A stretch of 64,000 nucleotides of DNA from an uncultured delta proteobacterium (lineage in GTDB: Bacteria > Desulfobacterota > Binatia > Binatales > Binataceae), in contig CAVRVY010000004.1 of assembly GCA_963724765.1 (NCBI GenBank), positions 1,216,001 to 1,280,000 of the forward strand, in the 5' to 3' direction. The notes beneath the pieces are model-generated. The model was not told the DNA's origin and ran no database searches. It saw nothing but the letters and a program-made list of their open reading frames with translations. Both the position numbers and the translations under genes were made by a program. The stretch's first letter is position 1. The number at the start of each line of letters is the position of its first letter. Below, piece by piece: positions 20,808-30,275 of this stretch.

Positions 20808-21706
20808 ATGCCGGAACTACCTGATGTCACCGTATACGTGGAGGCGCTCCGAACGCGCGTCCTCGGTCACAAGTTGATCCGTGCCCTGGTGAGATCACCA
20901 TTTCTGCTACGCACCGCCGACCCTCCGCTGAGCGCGGCGCAGGGCGCGGAGGTCCACGACGTTCGGCGGCTTGGCAAGCAGATCGCCATCGGCGTCGCGG
21001 GCAACTTGTGGCTCGTGCTGCATCTCAAAATCGCCGGGCGGTTGCATTGGGGCACCTCCGCCCCCAAGCTGGGCAGCCGAAACGTACTGGCCGCGTTCGA
21101 GTTCGCCAACGGATGGCTGTGGCTCACGGAAGCGGGAACGCAGCGTCGCGCCTCGCTCCACGTGGTCGAGGGCGAAGCGGGACTACAATCGCTGAGCGCC
21201 GGCGGCATCGAACCGCTCGACGCCAGCCGCGACGCATTCGCGGCCGCGCTGCGCGCGGCCAATCATACGCTCAAGCGCTCGCTCACCGACCCGCACATTT
21301 TCAGCGGCATCGGCAACGCGTACTCCGATGAGATACTGCATCGCGCGCAACTCTCGCCGATCTCCATGTCGCAGAAGCTGACCGCGCAGGAGATCGACCG
21401 GCTATACGAGGCGACCCGCGCGACGCTGCTCGAATGGACCGATCGCCTGCGCGCCGAAGCGGGCGGCGCGTTTCCAGAGAAGGTAACCGCATTTCGGCCC
21501 GGGATGGCGGTGCACGGCCGCTATGGCCAGCCGTGCCCGCGCTGCGGCGGCAAGGTCCAGCGCATCCGCTACGCCAGCAACGAGACTAATTACTGCGCGC
21601 CGTGCCAGACCGGCGGCCGCCTGCTCGCCGATCCGCTTTTTCGCGCTTGCTACACGACGACTGGCCGCGCACGCTGGAGGAACTAGAGGAGCTGAGGAGG
21701 CGATAG
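20808..21706 (+). CDS. Fpg/Nei-family DNA glycosylase (apparent 1-nt deletion near 21633)
   Basis: PELPDV N-terminus, GIGNAYSDEIL H2TH, CPRC/CAPC zinc finger; the C-terminal SRLLHDDWPRTLEELEE lies in another frame ending at TAG 21704-21706. Confidence 0.88.
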
Positions 21707-21824
21707 CATCACCGCGGGGCGCGCGCCTGATTGGCGCGCAGCGCGCGTTCAGCTACTGCCGAACTGCAGAGAAGGTATCAGCATACACATTATTGCAGTC
21801 GAGGCCGATGGCGGCTCGTTATAG

Positions 21825-23624
21825 CTATTTGTCCGAATGCGGAATCAGGCTCTCGACCATTCCTTTGACCGCTTGTTTAACGATGCCCGCCTCATTCGGA
21901 TCGCCGCGCAGAATCGTTTCAGTAAAATTTCTGGCCACCTTAAGCGTGATGTGGGGAGGAAGCGTCGGTGTATCAGGATCCGTAACGGCCTCCAGTACCA
22001 CCGGCCGATCACTGCCAAGCGCAAGATCCCACGCCTCAGCCAGTTGTTCGGGTTTCTCGACCCGGATACCGCGCAACCCGATTGAATCCGCGAAAGCAGC
22101 ATAAGGGAAATCCGGTAGCTCCTGGCCCGCGATGAAGCGGATGTCGCCCATCATGATACGTTGTTCCCAAGTCACCTGGTTGAGATCACGGTTATTCAGT
22201 ACCAGCGTTATCCAGCGGGGATCGGACCATTCCTTCCAATACTTGGCCACGGTGATGCACGCGTTGAGCCCATTCATCTGCATCGCCCCATCGCCGGTGA
22301 CGGCTATACAGACACGATCAGGGAAACAAAACTTCGCAGCTACGGCATAGGGAACCGCGGCGCCCATAGATGCGAGATTTCCGCTGCCGCTAGCCATCAT
22401 GCCGCGGCGAATCTTGAGATCGCGCGCATACCAGTTCGCCGTCGTGCCGCTGTCGGCCGAGAGGATACAGCGATCCGGAAGCTTCGGACTGAGTTCCCAG
22501 AAAACGCGTTCGGGATTGAGTAAACTGTTGTTGCCATCGGTATGAGCGCGCCCTTCGACGACCTTCCACCAGTCCTTCACGCTTTCGATGATGCTGTTCT
22601 GCCAGGCGCGATTGCGCTTGCGTTCGATCAGGGGTATCAACACGGCCAGCGTTTGCTTCGCATCGCCTTTCAAGTTTACGTCCATTGGATAGCGAAGGCT
22701 CAGGAGCCGCCCGTCGATATCAATTTGCACAGCCTTCGCCTGCCCGGCTTTAGGATAGAACTCACCGTAGGGGAAGCTGCTGCCGACCACCAGGAGCGTG
22801 TCGCAGCTCTGCATGAGATCCCAGCTAGGCTTGCTTCCGAGCAAACCGATGTGACCGGTGCAGAATGGAATTTCTTCAGGAATGGCAGCCTTGCCCAGCC
22901 AGCTCTTGGCCACACCCGCGCCAAGGAGCTCAGCGATTTCGAGTACCTCGTCTTGCGCGTTCAAGCTACCTGCGCCAACGAGCATCGCCACCTTTTTTCC
23001 TTCGTTCAGGATTTTCGCTGCTGCCGACAGATCAGCCTGGTGCGGAATCATATACGGCGCCGGGCATCCGACGCCGCTGAGCGCATGGTCATGTTTCTGG
23101 GGAGGATCGGGAACCGCAGCCTCTTCCTGGATATCCTTGGGAAAGATGAGACACGTGACCGACTTCTGGTCGATCGCGATGCGAAACGCGCGGTCGACGC
23201 AATGCCGCACGGCCGCGGGGCTGGAAACCGTGATGCAATATTCACTAGCGACGTCCTTGAACAGCGACGCGAGGTCCACTTCCTGCTGGTGTTGGCTTCC
23301 AAGCGCCGTGGTCGCCGACTGTCCGACGATCGCAACTACTGGCTGGCGATCCATTTTGGCGTCATAGAGACCGTTCAAAAGATGGATTGCGCCTGGTCCG
23401 CTGGTCGCCATGCAAACTCCAACCGTTCCGGTGAATTTCGCATGCGCCGACGCCATGAATGCGGCGAGTTCCTCGTGACGCGCTTGAATGAAACGCGGCT
23501 TGTCGCCGTTCTTACGCTGGCCCGCAAGGATTCCATTGATCCCATCGCCCGGAAGGGCGTAGATGCGATCGACGCCCCATTCCTGCATGCGCTGCATAAC
23601 ATACTGGCCGACACTGATTGCCAT
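21825..23624 (-). CDS. Thiamine pyrophosphate-requiring enzyme, pyruvate oxidase/PoxB-like
   Basis: PGDGING, RHEE, SGPGAIHLLNGLYDAK, GDGAMQM...NN TPP motif. Confidence 0.92.
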   Translation of the reverse strand: MAISVGQYVMQRMQEWGVDRIYALPGDGINGILAGQRKNGDKPRFIQARHEELAAFMASAHAKFTGTVGVCMATSGPGAIHLLNGLYDAKMDRQPVVAIVGQSATTALGSQHQQEVDLASLFKDVASEYCITVSSPAAVRHCVDRAFRIAIDQKSVTCLIFPKDIQEEAAVPDPPQKHDHALSGVGCPAPYMIPHQADLSAAAKILNEGKKVAMLVGAGSLNAQDEVLEIAELLGAGVAKSWLGKAAIPEEIPFCTGHIGLLGSKPSWDLMQSCDTLLVVGSSFPYGEFYPKAGQAKAVQIDIDGRLLSLRYPMDVNLKGDAKQTLAVLIPLIERKRNRAWQNSIIESVKDWWKVVEGRAHTDGNNSLLNPERVFWELSPKLPDRCILSADSGTTANWYARDLKIRRGMMASGSGNLASMGAAVPYAVAAKFCFPDRVCIAVTGDGAMQMNGLNACITVAKYWKEWSDPRWITLVLNNRDLNQVTWEQRIMMGDIRFIAGQELPDFPYAAFADSIGLRGIRVEKPEQLAEAWDLALGSDRPVVLEAVTDPDTPTLPPHITLKVARNFTETILRGDPNEAGIVKQAVKGMVESLIPHSDK

Positions 23625-23691
23625 GATATTCCTCAGTTATTTTTGCTGGTTCTTAGTGAACTTTTCGCCTTGAGTGTGAGATTGACATCTT

Positions 23692-24012
23692 TCAGAACCA
23701 GTGCGATTTCGATCGGAAGAGTCCACGTATGCTTCGTTTGCGCTGAGTGTAAATAGGCGCGCCGCGTTCTCGAACGAGCCGCACGGTAGTTTTGACATCC
23801 TGCGCATTTCTGGGAATCACAACTCCGATAGGTTCCTGGCGGTAATTGGAACCATCTGTCGCATATAGCGCACTTGTTCCTTTGTCGAACCGTATCTCGC
23901 CTTCTATTGATTTTCTAAGCGCATCGGCCAACGATTTAGCGGAATCTGTGGACATTGCGGTACGCGCATCGTCTCGATCGAGGTGCCGTAAGGCCATAAC
24001 TTTGCTGCTCAT
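23692..24012 (-). pseudogene. N-terminal fragment of an FAD-linked oxidase (GlcD-like)
   Basis: GEIRFD...LYATDGSNYRQEPIGVVIPR; similarity ends abruptly at RGAPI, before the expected RGxGTS motif. Confidence 0.8.
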
Positions 24013-24295
24013 TCAACGCTCTTTTCCTGATGTTACTTTCCCGCTTGCTAAATGGCGGCTGGCTAACCGAGCAGTTAGATTTGTGCTTTGAAAAAAAAGC
24101 ATCAGATGAATCTCAAGCACGAAACTTGCCATCTATGGCGGCTTTGTACAGAAGGGGTAGCCTGTCCCGCTTAGACCGGGCTCAACGGGGATTTGGAGAT
24201 ATTTACCCGAGCGAGAGAACGCAAAAACTCCGACCTATGCAGGATAGACGCAGTAAAGGGTCGAGGATATTCGGCAAAAGGAGATCGATTATCAG

Positions 24296-24601
24296 TTGAT
24301 GAGATGGCATGTCAGGCTGCAAACCAAAAACAGTCGATACGCAGCAGCAGCGGCGCGCCGGCAAGTCGATGTTCGATTGCTAGCCCCTATCCGCAGCAAC
24401 GAGCCATTGATCGGGCACGCTACGCGTTCTGACTACTCCGAACCGTTGCGCGCGGGGATCAAGATTTATGAATGGCTTGGAAAAATACTGCATGCCAAGA
24501 TGGAAAACTCTGAAGAGATAGAGCTGCGGCGATGGCAGAGACGTTCACTGATGGAGCGAATCGAAGAGTCAATAGCCGGATGCCTTGAACCGCTACTCTA
24601 G
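24296..24601 (+). pseudogene. Decayed, internally deleted cardiolipin synthase (PLD family) C-terminus
   Basis: VDVRLL..., LRAGIKIYEW, LHAK (truncated HKD) fused to SEEI...WQRRSLMERI..E...PLL C-terminus. Confidence 0.7.
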
Positions 24602-24774
24602 GCGCCGTGCCCCGTAATACAATTTGTATAGGTCTTGCCGCTTACCTGTCCACTTTTTGGTTCTGGCTAGCGCCGTCCTTGTCCACCCAGCCCGAGAGTT
24701 CATCGACATAGAATCGGCAACCGTCAAGCACCATTCGGACACTATAGGCCGGTGACATGAACATTGAGGGAAAC

Positions 24775-24834
24775 TGGTGCCGGGGGCGGGACTCGAACCC
24801 GCACGGAACTTTCGCTCCAGGGGATTTTAAGTCC
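24775..24834 (-). other. att site: displaced 3' half of tRNA-Leu with encoded CCA
   Basis: Minus strand ggacttaaaatcccctggagcgaaagttccgtgcgggttcgagtcccgcccccggcacca; 20-bp core ctccaggggattttaagtcc (24815-24834) identical to 38164-38183. Confidence 0.93.
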
Positions 24835-24935
24835 TATCAATATCGAGACTAGCTACTAACTATTGCAAAAGACTGCGCTAAAATACGGCTTTTCTGCCCG
24901 TCCATATGCTGCTGTTTGTAGCCCGTTGTCACCGT

Positions 24936-24957
24936 CACCCGCACAAAACCCGCACAA
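24936..24957 (+). repeat. Putative integrase arm-type site (CCCGCACA x2, 11-bp period)
   Basis: cacccgcacaaaacccgcacaa identical at 38019-38040; inverted pair tgtgcgggaattgtgcggg at 25139-25157. Confidence 0.7.
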
Positions 24958-24991
24958 ATTCAGATCTCGATCTGCCCAGCAAGGAAAACTG

Positions 24992-25019
24992 ACTCACCAA
25001 TCTCACCAAACTCACCATC
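24992..25019 (+). repeat. 3x 9-bp CTCACCAA-type iteron array (left end)
   Basis: actcaccaatctcaccaaactcaccatc; inverted copy (25/28 identical) at 37948-37975. Confidence 0.75.
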
Positions 25020-25277
25020 CAGACGCAGTGGGAAATTCGCTGTCTTCGGCACGAATCCTGCGTATGGCGCTGGACACGATGGAACTAGAATCCACTGCAC
25101 CGCGAAAAGGCTTTGACTTACAAAGGTTATTCGGCGGCTGTGCGGGAATTGTGCGGGCCGCGCGAGGGTGTTGGAATCAGACGCGAGCTTGCCGGCGCGG
25201 CGGCAACAGAAACGCCGCCCGGCTCGGAGGGCGAGCGCAGGCGGCGCGATGGCGGGCGCGGGTGATTGTGGTGACTC

Positions 25278-26351
25278 TTATTTCCGCCGTTCAGCGAGGG
25301 GAACCACTGTGCGCTTAGTCGGCCGCGAGTCGAGGTAACTATCGCGGCGCTTAACCGCGGCCGCGAGGTCGGCCTCGCTCACGATGTTGTAGCGGTCGAA
25401 GATCGATCGCGTCTTGTGGCCGCTCAGGCTCATCGCTACCCGCTCGAAAACGCCGGCGCGCACCATGTCGCGGATCGCGGTTCGTCTCAGGTCGTGCACC
25501 AATAGCTTTCCAAGCCCCGCCTTCGTGCACGCGGCCGCCCACGCTCCGCGAAAGTCGAGGATCGGCTTGCCGTTGTGATGGAACACGAGCGTGCAGTCGG
25601 GCCGGCGCGCGGCGTCGGCCCGGGCGACTATATCGGCCAGTTCACCCTCGAGCGGTAGCAGGCGGCTTTCGGCGTTCTTGGATTTTTCCGGCGCTAGGCG
25701 GACCGCGTTGCCAGCCCGGTCAACGTCGCGCCACTCAAGGGACTTCATCTCACCCACGCGCCAGCCCGACAAGTAGAGAAAGCTCACCGGGTCGCGCAGG
25801 CGCTCGGGCAGAGCATCGCGAAGGGCGACGAATTCCGCGTGATCAAGGAATCCCTGTCTGGCGTTATGCTCCTCGAGCATCTGAATGTGGGGCGCGCGCG
25901 ACAGCCGCTCCGCGTCCACGGCGATTTTGAAAGCGCGTTTGAGTGCGGCCAGCTCGCGGTTGACAGTGCCGTTGGCGGCGCCGGCCCCGCGGCGCCCGAC
26001 GACGTACGCCCCGATCCGATCGGTAGTGATATCCACGGCCCGATCTAGGCCGAAGTACGCACGCAAGTGGATGAGGCTGCTGGTAAGGCGGCGCATGCTG
26101 CGGCGGTCGTTGATCGTGTAGTCGGACACCAGCATTGCGGCGAGGTCTTCGAAGCTGACCTTCTCTTCGGCTTGTCCGAGGAACTTACCCCCGCGCTTGC
26201 CGCTCTCTCGGATGCGGACGTTGAGCAGCCGTCGCGCGACGGTTTCGGACTCGCTCCCGGATGATTCGCGAAACTCCTGGCCGCGGTGCCAATAGCGAAT
26301 CCACCAAATCGTGCCGCGTAGATAGAGACCGCCGGTTCCTCGCTTGCTCAT
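25278..26351 (-). CDS. Tyrosine recombinase/integrase
   Basis: SGWRVGE (R), KSKN (K), HDLRR, GHKT, DRYN catalytic residues; start MSKRGTGG at 26351 overlaps the upstream stop (ATGA). Confidence 0.96.
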   Translation of the reverse strand: MSKRGTGGLYLRGTIWWIRYWHRGQEFRESSGSESETVARRLLNVRIRESGKRGGKFLGQAEEKVSFEDLAAMLVSDYTINDRRSMRRLTSSLIHLRAYFGLDRAVDITTDRIGAYVVGRRGAGAANGTVNRELAALKRAFKIAVDAERLSRAPHIQMLEEHNARQGFLDHAEFVALRDALPERLRDPVSFLYLSGWRVGEMKSLEWRDVDRAGNAVRLAPEKSKNAESRLLPLEGELADIVARADAARRPDCTLVFHHNGKPILDFRGAWAAACTKAGLGKLLVHDLRRTAIRDMVRAGVFERVAMSLSGHKTRSIFDRYNIVSEADLAAAVKRRDSYLDSRPTKRTVVPLAERRK

Positions 26352-27097
26352 GGTTTCACCGTCCTCTTCGGGCTTTTGAGTTCCTTCTTTTTCGCGCGGG
26401 AGTCGCGCATCCACCGTGCGTGCGCGCATCGGGGCGTACAGAACCCCTGGCGCAAGTCCTCGCGGACGAAGACCGTACCGCAACCTCCGCATCGGCAGAG
26501 GAGTTCGTGCTCGGTCATTACTAAGTCCTGGGCGGCCAGCAGGAATGTGAGCTCGAAGGCTTTTGTGGCCCACGCGCCACGCTCGCGCCACATCGCGGTG
26601 GCTTTCTGCTTGCCCTTATCACGGCCGAGGAGGACCTCTTCGCGGCGAATCGCGCGCGTAAGGCGCGGCGGGAGGTCGACGATCCATTCCTGGCCGTTCA
26701 GGAAGCGGGCGACACCTGACTCTACTTGCTCCGATAGCCGCTTGAGGGCGCGAGCAGGCATTTCGGGCACGCCGTCGCCTGAATAAATGGTACCGGGCCC
26801 ATTCTGGTACAGCAGGAAAAGCCAAACCTCGCGGGCGACAGCTTGCGGCGTTTGGTCGTCGTCGAGGGCCGCGGCGCGCGCGTCCCGGTAATCCCGGCGG
26901 CGCGCGAAATCCTCGACGAGCCAGCGAAGCCGGCTCTCTGATGTGGCGCCGAGCTTACGAATAAGGGCGGGCTCGTACGCGACGCCGCTGTCTCTAGGCT
27001 CACCGGTGACGAACACCAGCTTTACAGGTGCATTGATCTCGGACTCGACGGGTCGATCGGTCCTGCGCTTTTTAGCTCTGTGACTGCGTGCTTTCAT
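26348..27097 (-). CDS. CGNR-type zinc-finger protein, probable element regulator
   Basis: C-terminal CRCGGCGTVF...FCTPRC...R.R; divergent from alpA and coupled to the integrase. Confidence 0.7.
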   Translation of the reverse strand: MKARSHRAKKRRTDRPVESEINAPVKLVFVTGEPRDSGVAYEPALIRKLGATSESRLRWLVEDFARRRDYRDARAAALDDDQTPQAVAREVWLFLLYQNGPGTIYSGDGVPEMPARALKRLSEQVESGVARFLNGQEWIVDLPPRLTRAIRREEVLLGRDKGKQKATAMWRERGAWATKAFELTFLLAAQDLVMTEHELLCRCGGCGTVFVREDLRQGFCTPRCAHARWMRDSRAKKKELKSPKRTVKP

Positions 27098-27123
27098 CTA
27101 AAGTCACACTACCACGGACGCCG

Positions 27124-27152
27124 TTTACAACGCAAGTCTGTGCGCTTACGCT
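27124..27152 (+). promoter_or_regulatory. Putative sigma70 promoter for a leaderless alpA transcript
   Basis: TTTACA (27124-27129)-17 bp-TACGCT (27147-27152), then 7 nt to GTG 27160; no SD. Confidence 0.45.
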
Positions 27153-27159
27153 CATAATT

Positions 27160-27354
27160 GTGAAACGCAAAGAAAGCCAACCACGCACAGGTCTGCTTTT
27201 CGTTGACGACGTTCTCGCGCGAGTAGGCAACCCGAGTAGGACGACGCTTTGGCGCTGGGTCCGCTCGGGCATCTTTCCGCCGCCGCGCCGGCTTGGCCCA
27301 CGCCGGCTGGCCTGGCGCGAAACCGATATCGACGAATGGCTGGCGTCGAGATGA
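27160..27354 (+). CDS. alpA: AlpA-family phage regulatory protein
   Basis: SRTTLWRWVRSGIFPPPRRLGPRRLAWRETDIDEW. Confidence 0.9.
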   Translation: MKRKESQPRTGLLFVDDVLARVGNPSRTTLWRWVRSGIFPPPRRLGPRRLAWRETDIDEWLASR

Positions 27355-27653
27355 TCGGCCTCGACGAACTGATAGCCGGTGCGAACCCGGCCTCGCGCGA
27401 CGAGGCCGTGAGCCTGATGGGCCTGCTCGCCGCCGCGCAGATTCGGCTTGCGAAGATCGTCGCGGACCTGGCGATGTCGCAGACCGAAGATCGGTTGCTC
27501 GATGTGGACGAGGCTGCTCAAAAGCTTGGCGTCCAACCTGGCTGGTTGTATCGCCGGACCCGAAACCTTCCTTTTCTGGTCCGACTCGACGGCCAAATTC
27601 GATTCAGTGCGGCCGGCATAGATCGGTACATCGCAGCGAGGCGGGGCCGATGA
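27351..27653 (+). CDS. Excisionase-like HTH protein
   Basis: LLDVDEAAQKLGVQPGWLY...LPF...IRF...IDRYI; ATGA overlaps on both sides. Confidence 0.85.
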   Translation: MIGLDELIAGANPASRDEAVSLMGLLAAAQIRLAKIVADLAMSQTEDRLLDVDEAAQKLGVQPGWLYRRTRNLPFLVRLDGQIRFSAAGIDRYIAARRGR

Positions 27654-29176
27654 TCAAACGGCCCGTGATCACGCTCGAGCCGGGGCGTCTACCGTGGAAC
27701 GTCGACGAAACTGAACGATACATCGTCGACAACTATGCCTGCTGGGGGCTCTACCAGCGTGGCGGGATGCTCGTGCGCGAGACTACCCTCTCAACTGAGA
27801 CCGATGAAAGGGAAATCCATCGCCCGGCCGGCGCCAGAATTCTCAGAATGGCGACGCCGGTTATGCTGCAGGACGTCTTCGGGCGCGCGATCCAGTTTGA
27901 GAACGCGAAGGGCAGTCCGATCGACTGCCCTACGAAAGTTGCTGCCACCTATCTTTCGCGCGCGGGACTTTGGCGCTTACCCACTCTGGTTGGAATCACA
28001 GACGCACCGGTCCTGCGCGCCGACGGTACTGTGCTTAGCGAGCCGGGCTACGATCGACAGACTGGATTGTTGCTGCAGTCGGCGACCGCATGGCGTCCGC
28101 TCCCATCGCTCTCGCGCGAGGCCGTTGATGCCGCGGTGCGGTGCCTGCTGGAGCCGTTCGCTGAGTTTCCCTTATCCGATGCCGGCCGGTCGGTAGTCAT
28201 CTCCGCAATCCTGACCGGGTTGCAACGCCGATTGCTGTTCTCGGCGCCCGCTCACGCTTTTGACAAGCCGACCCAGGGTAGCGGTGGGTCATTGTTGGCG
28301 GACTGCGTCGCGATCATCGTAACAGGCCGCTGGGCGACCACCATGTCGGCGAACGCCGACGAAGAAGAGCTTCGCAAAAAACTGGTTTCGGTCCTTATCG
28401 CGGGCGATCCGGTGGTGAGCCTGGATAACATCACTCGACCGCTTCGCAGCGACGCGCTCGCCTCGATTCTGACCCTAGCCGAGTACAAAGACCGCCCCCT
28501 CGGGGTGAGTCAAATAGTCGCAGTTCCCACGAGCGTCCTTTTTTTGCTCACCGGCAACAATTTGGTTTTTGCGGGAGATATGCCTTCTCGCGTTGTTGTC
28601 GCCCGCATCGAGCCGGACGTCGAGCGACCGGAGGAACGGACTTTTAAGATCGGCGATCTTCGCGCCCACCTGACGGAGCATCGTGCGAAATTGATCACGG
28701 CGGCGCTTACGATCCTTCAAGCCTACTTCATCGCCGGACGGCCCGCGCAAAACGTCAAACCGTTCGGTCGATTCGAGCAGTGGTCGAAGGAGATTCGCGA
28801 GGCGATCGTATGGGCCGGCCTACCCGATCCATGCGCAACCCGCGAAGCGGTGATCGCCGCCGATCCCGATCGTGACGCCGCCCTCGCGATTTTTGAGGCC
28901 TGGCACCGGCTTTTCGGCGATAACAAACTCACTATCGCTCGGCTAATCCAATCGACTGGCGCCGACGGCGAACTGAAAGATGCGCTCCTTAACGTCGCTG
29001 CAGACACCGATCATTCGCACGAAGTTAACGCTCGCCGGCTCGCTGCGTGGTGTCGCAATCGCGTTGGTCGCGTGGTCGGCGATTTCAAGCTTTCCCGCTG
29101 CGCCGGCGCGCACGGCGGGTTCATGATGTGGCAAGTGGTTCATAGGTCCGATGAAAAAATAGTCAGGGAGGTTTGA
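27650..29176 (+). CDS. Helicase/ATPase-like replication protein lacking a primase domain; Walker A degenerate
   Basis: PGYD..TGL, PTQGSGGSLL (Walker A position), VSLDNI (Walker B), DRPLG.S, TGNN, ERPEER.F, FEQWS; position after alpA/xis. Confidence 0.75.
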   Translation: MIKRPVITLEPGRLPWNVDETERYIVDNYACWGLYQRGGMLVRETTLSTETDEREIHRPAGARILRMATPVMLQDVFGRAIQFENAKGSPIDCPTKVAATYLSRAGLWRLPTLVGITDAPVLRADGTVLSEPGYDRQTGLLLQSATAWRPLPSLSREAVDAAVRCLLEPFAEFPLSDAGRSVVISAILTGLQRRLLFSAPAHAFDKPTQGSGGSLLADCVAIIVTGRWATTMSANADEEELRKKLVSVLIAGDPVVSLDNITRPLRSDALASILTLAEYKDRPLGVSQIVAVPTSVLFLLTGNNLVFAGDMPSRVVVARIEPDVERPEERTFKIGDLRAHLTEHRAKLITAALTILQAYFIAGRPAQNVKPFGRFEQWSKEIREAIVWAGLPDPCATREAVIAADPDRDAALAIFEAWHRLFGDNKLTIARLIQSTGADGELKDALLNVAADTDHSHEVNARRLAAWCRNRVGRVVGDFKLSRCAGAHGGFMMWQVVHRSDEKIVREV

Positions 29177-29181
29177 GAAAA

Positions 29182-29640
29182 ATGGATATGGCAGAACTGC
29201 AGATGATCGAGGCCGAGGAGGCTGTCGCTTTCTCGCTCAAGGGCAACGGCAAAATCGCGGTCAAAGGCAAGAACGCCGCGGTAGATCGCGCGCTCGAGCG
29301 CATCGCGGGCCATCGCGACGAGGTCGCGGTGCTCTTGCGCGAGCGAGGAACCGTTGAGGAGGAGGACGTGGTGCGCGAGATCGCGAGCACCGTCCCGAGC
29401 CTGGCGGTGCAACGCCAGAACTATATCGCATGGTTTTCGGCGCGGAGCACCTATTACCATCCAAGCGCGGCGCAACTCGACGCAATGTTTGCGGCCTGCA
29501 ATGAAGGCGACGAGATAATTTTTGATTTTGCGCTCAGCTTCACAGTGCGAAAGCCCGATGGCCGGCTGCTTCAGATAGATCGCCGTGGACGCGTGGTCCC
29601 GCCGTCGCCGTACAGCCCAGCCGTCGCAGATAAGAGGTGA
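29182..29640 (+). CDS. Hypothetical protein; N-terminus resembles TubC-N-like domains that follow satellite primases
   Basis: FSLKGNGKIAV...IAGHRDEVAVLL; RBS GGGAGG. Confidence 0.55.
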   Translation: MDMAELQMIEAEEAVAFSLKGNGKIAVKGKNAAVDRALERIAGHRDEVAVLLRERGTVEEEDVVREIASTVPSLAVQRQNYIAWFSARSTYYHPSAAQLDAMFAACNEGDEIIFDFALSFTVRKPDGRLLQIDRRGRVVPPSPYSPAVADKR

Positions 29641-29646
29641 CGAGCA

Positions 29647-30228
29647 ATGGCCGCTGCAAATAGTGCGGAAGCGCAGTCGCGCGAATGGGATGGCACAACC
29701 TGCATCACGTGCGGTAACCGGCTGGCGCGCGACACCGTGTGGTGCGAGGATCACGGGCCCTTCGCAGCCGAGCACCGAGCGGAAAAAGCCGAACGCGCTC
29801 GCCGACCGCAGGGCCTTGCACAGTGGATCGACAACCCAGCGGTTCGGAACAATCTCCGACGCGCAATCCTTCGCCTCGACGAAGCACGGGCTTTCGAACA
29901 TCGACCGCGCTTCACAGAAGAAGAGGCGCGCGCGATCCTGCTCGATCTCTGCCGCGGGCTGCTCACTCTGAGGGAGACGATCACGAGCGTGCCGCGGCAT
30001 TCGACAGAGCGGCGTAATCTCCTAGCTCTGCTCCATAAGATGATCGCGCAAGAGGCGGCGTGGTTCGCGAATGGCTATCCGTACAAGACCGCCCGCGGAG
30101 AAGAGCTCGACGAGATCATGCGCTTCGAGATCAGGCGACTGAACCGAGCCTCGGACGGGTTTAGAACAACCGCAATTTTTCCGCCCAGTCCCGTTTCGCG
30201 TGGTACGCCTGAATTGAGATCAACATGA
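29647..30228 (+). CDS. Hypothetical protein (CxxC...CxxH near N-terminus)
   Basis: 193 aa; RBS GAGGTG; operonic spacing. Confidence 0.6.
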   Translation: MAAANSAEAQSREWDGTTCITCGNRLARDTVWCEDHGPFAAEHRAEKAERARRPQGLAQWIDNPAVRNNLRRAILRLDEARAFEHRPRFTEEEARAILLDLCRGLLTLRETITSVPRHSTERRNLLALLHKMIAQEAAWFANGYPYKTARGEELDEIMRFEIRRLNRASDGFRTTAIFPPSPVSRGTPELRST

Positions 30229-30275
30229 AACTATCGATTACTCATGCTCGCGGAAATTTCTGAGGCAGGACGAAA

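Noticed and set aside
20283-21706. EVE plus Fpg as a modified-DNA defence pair
   Set aside because: Both are common stand-alone genes, divergently oriented, with no nuclease partner.
24775-24834. Second functional tRNA-Leu
   Set aside because: Lacks the 5' acceptor strand and D-arm; it is the displaced att fragment.
24863-25318. 151-aa ORF at the left end of the element
   Set aside because: Runs across arm sites and iterons and overlaps the integrase end; likely spurious.
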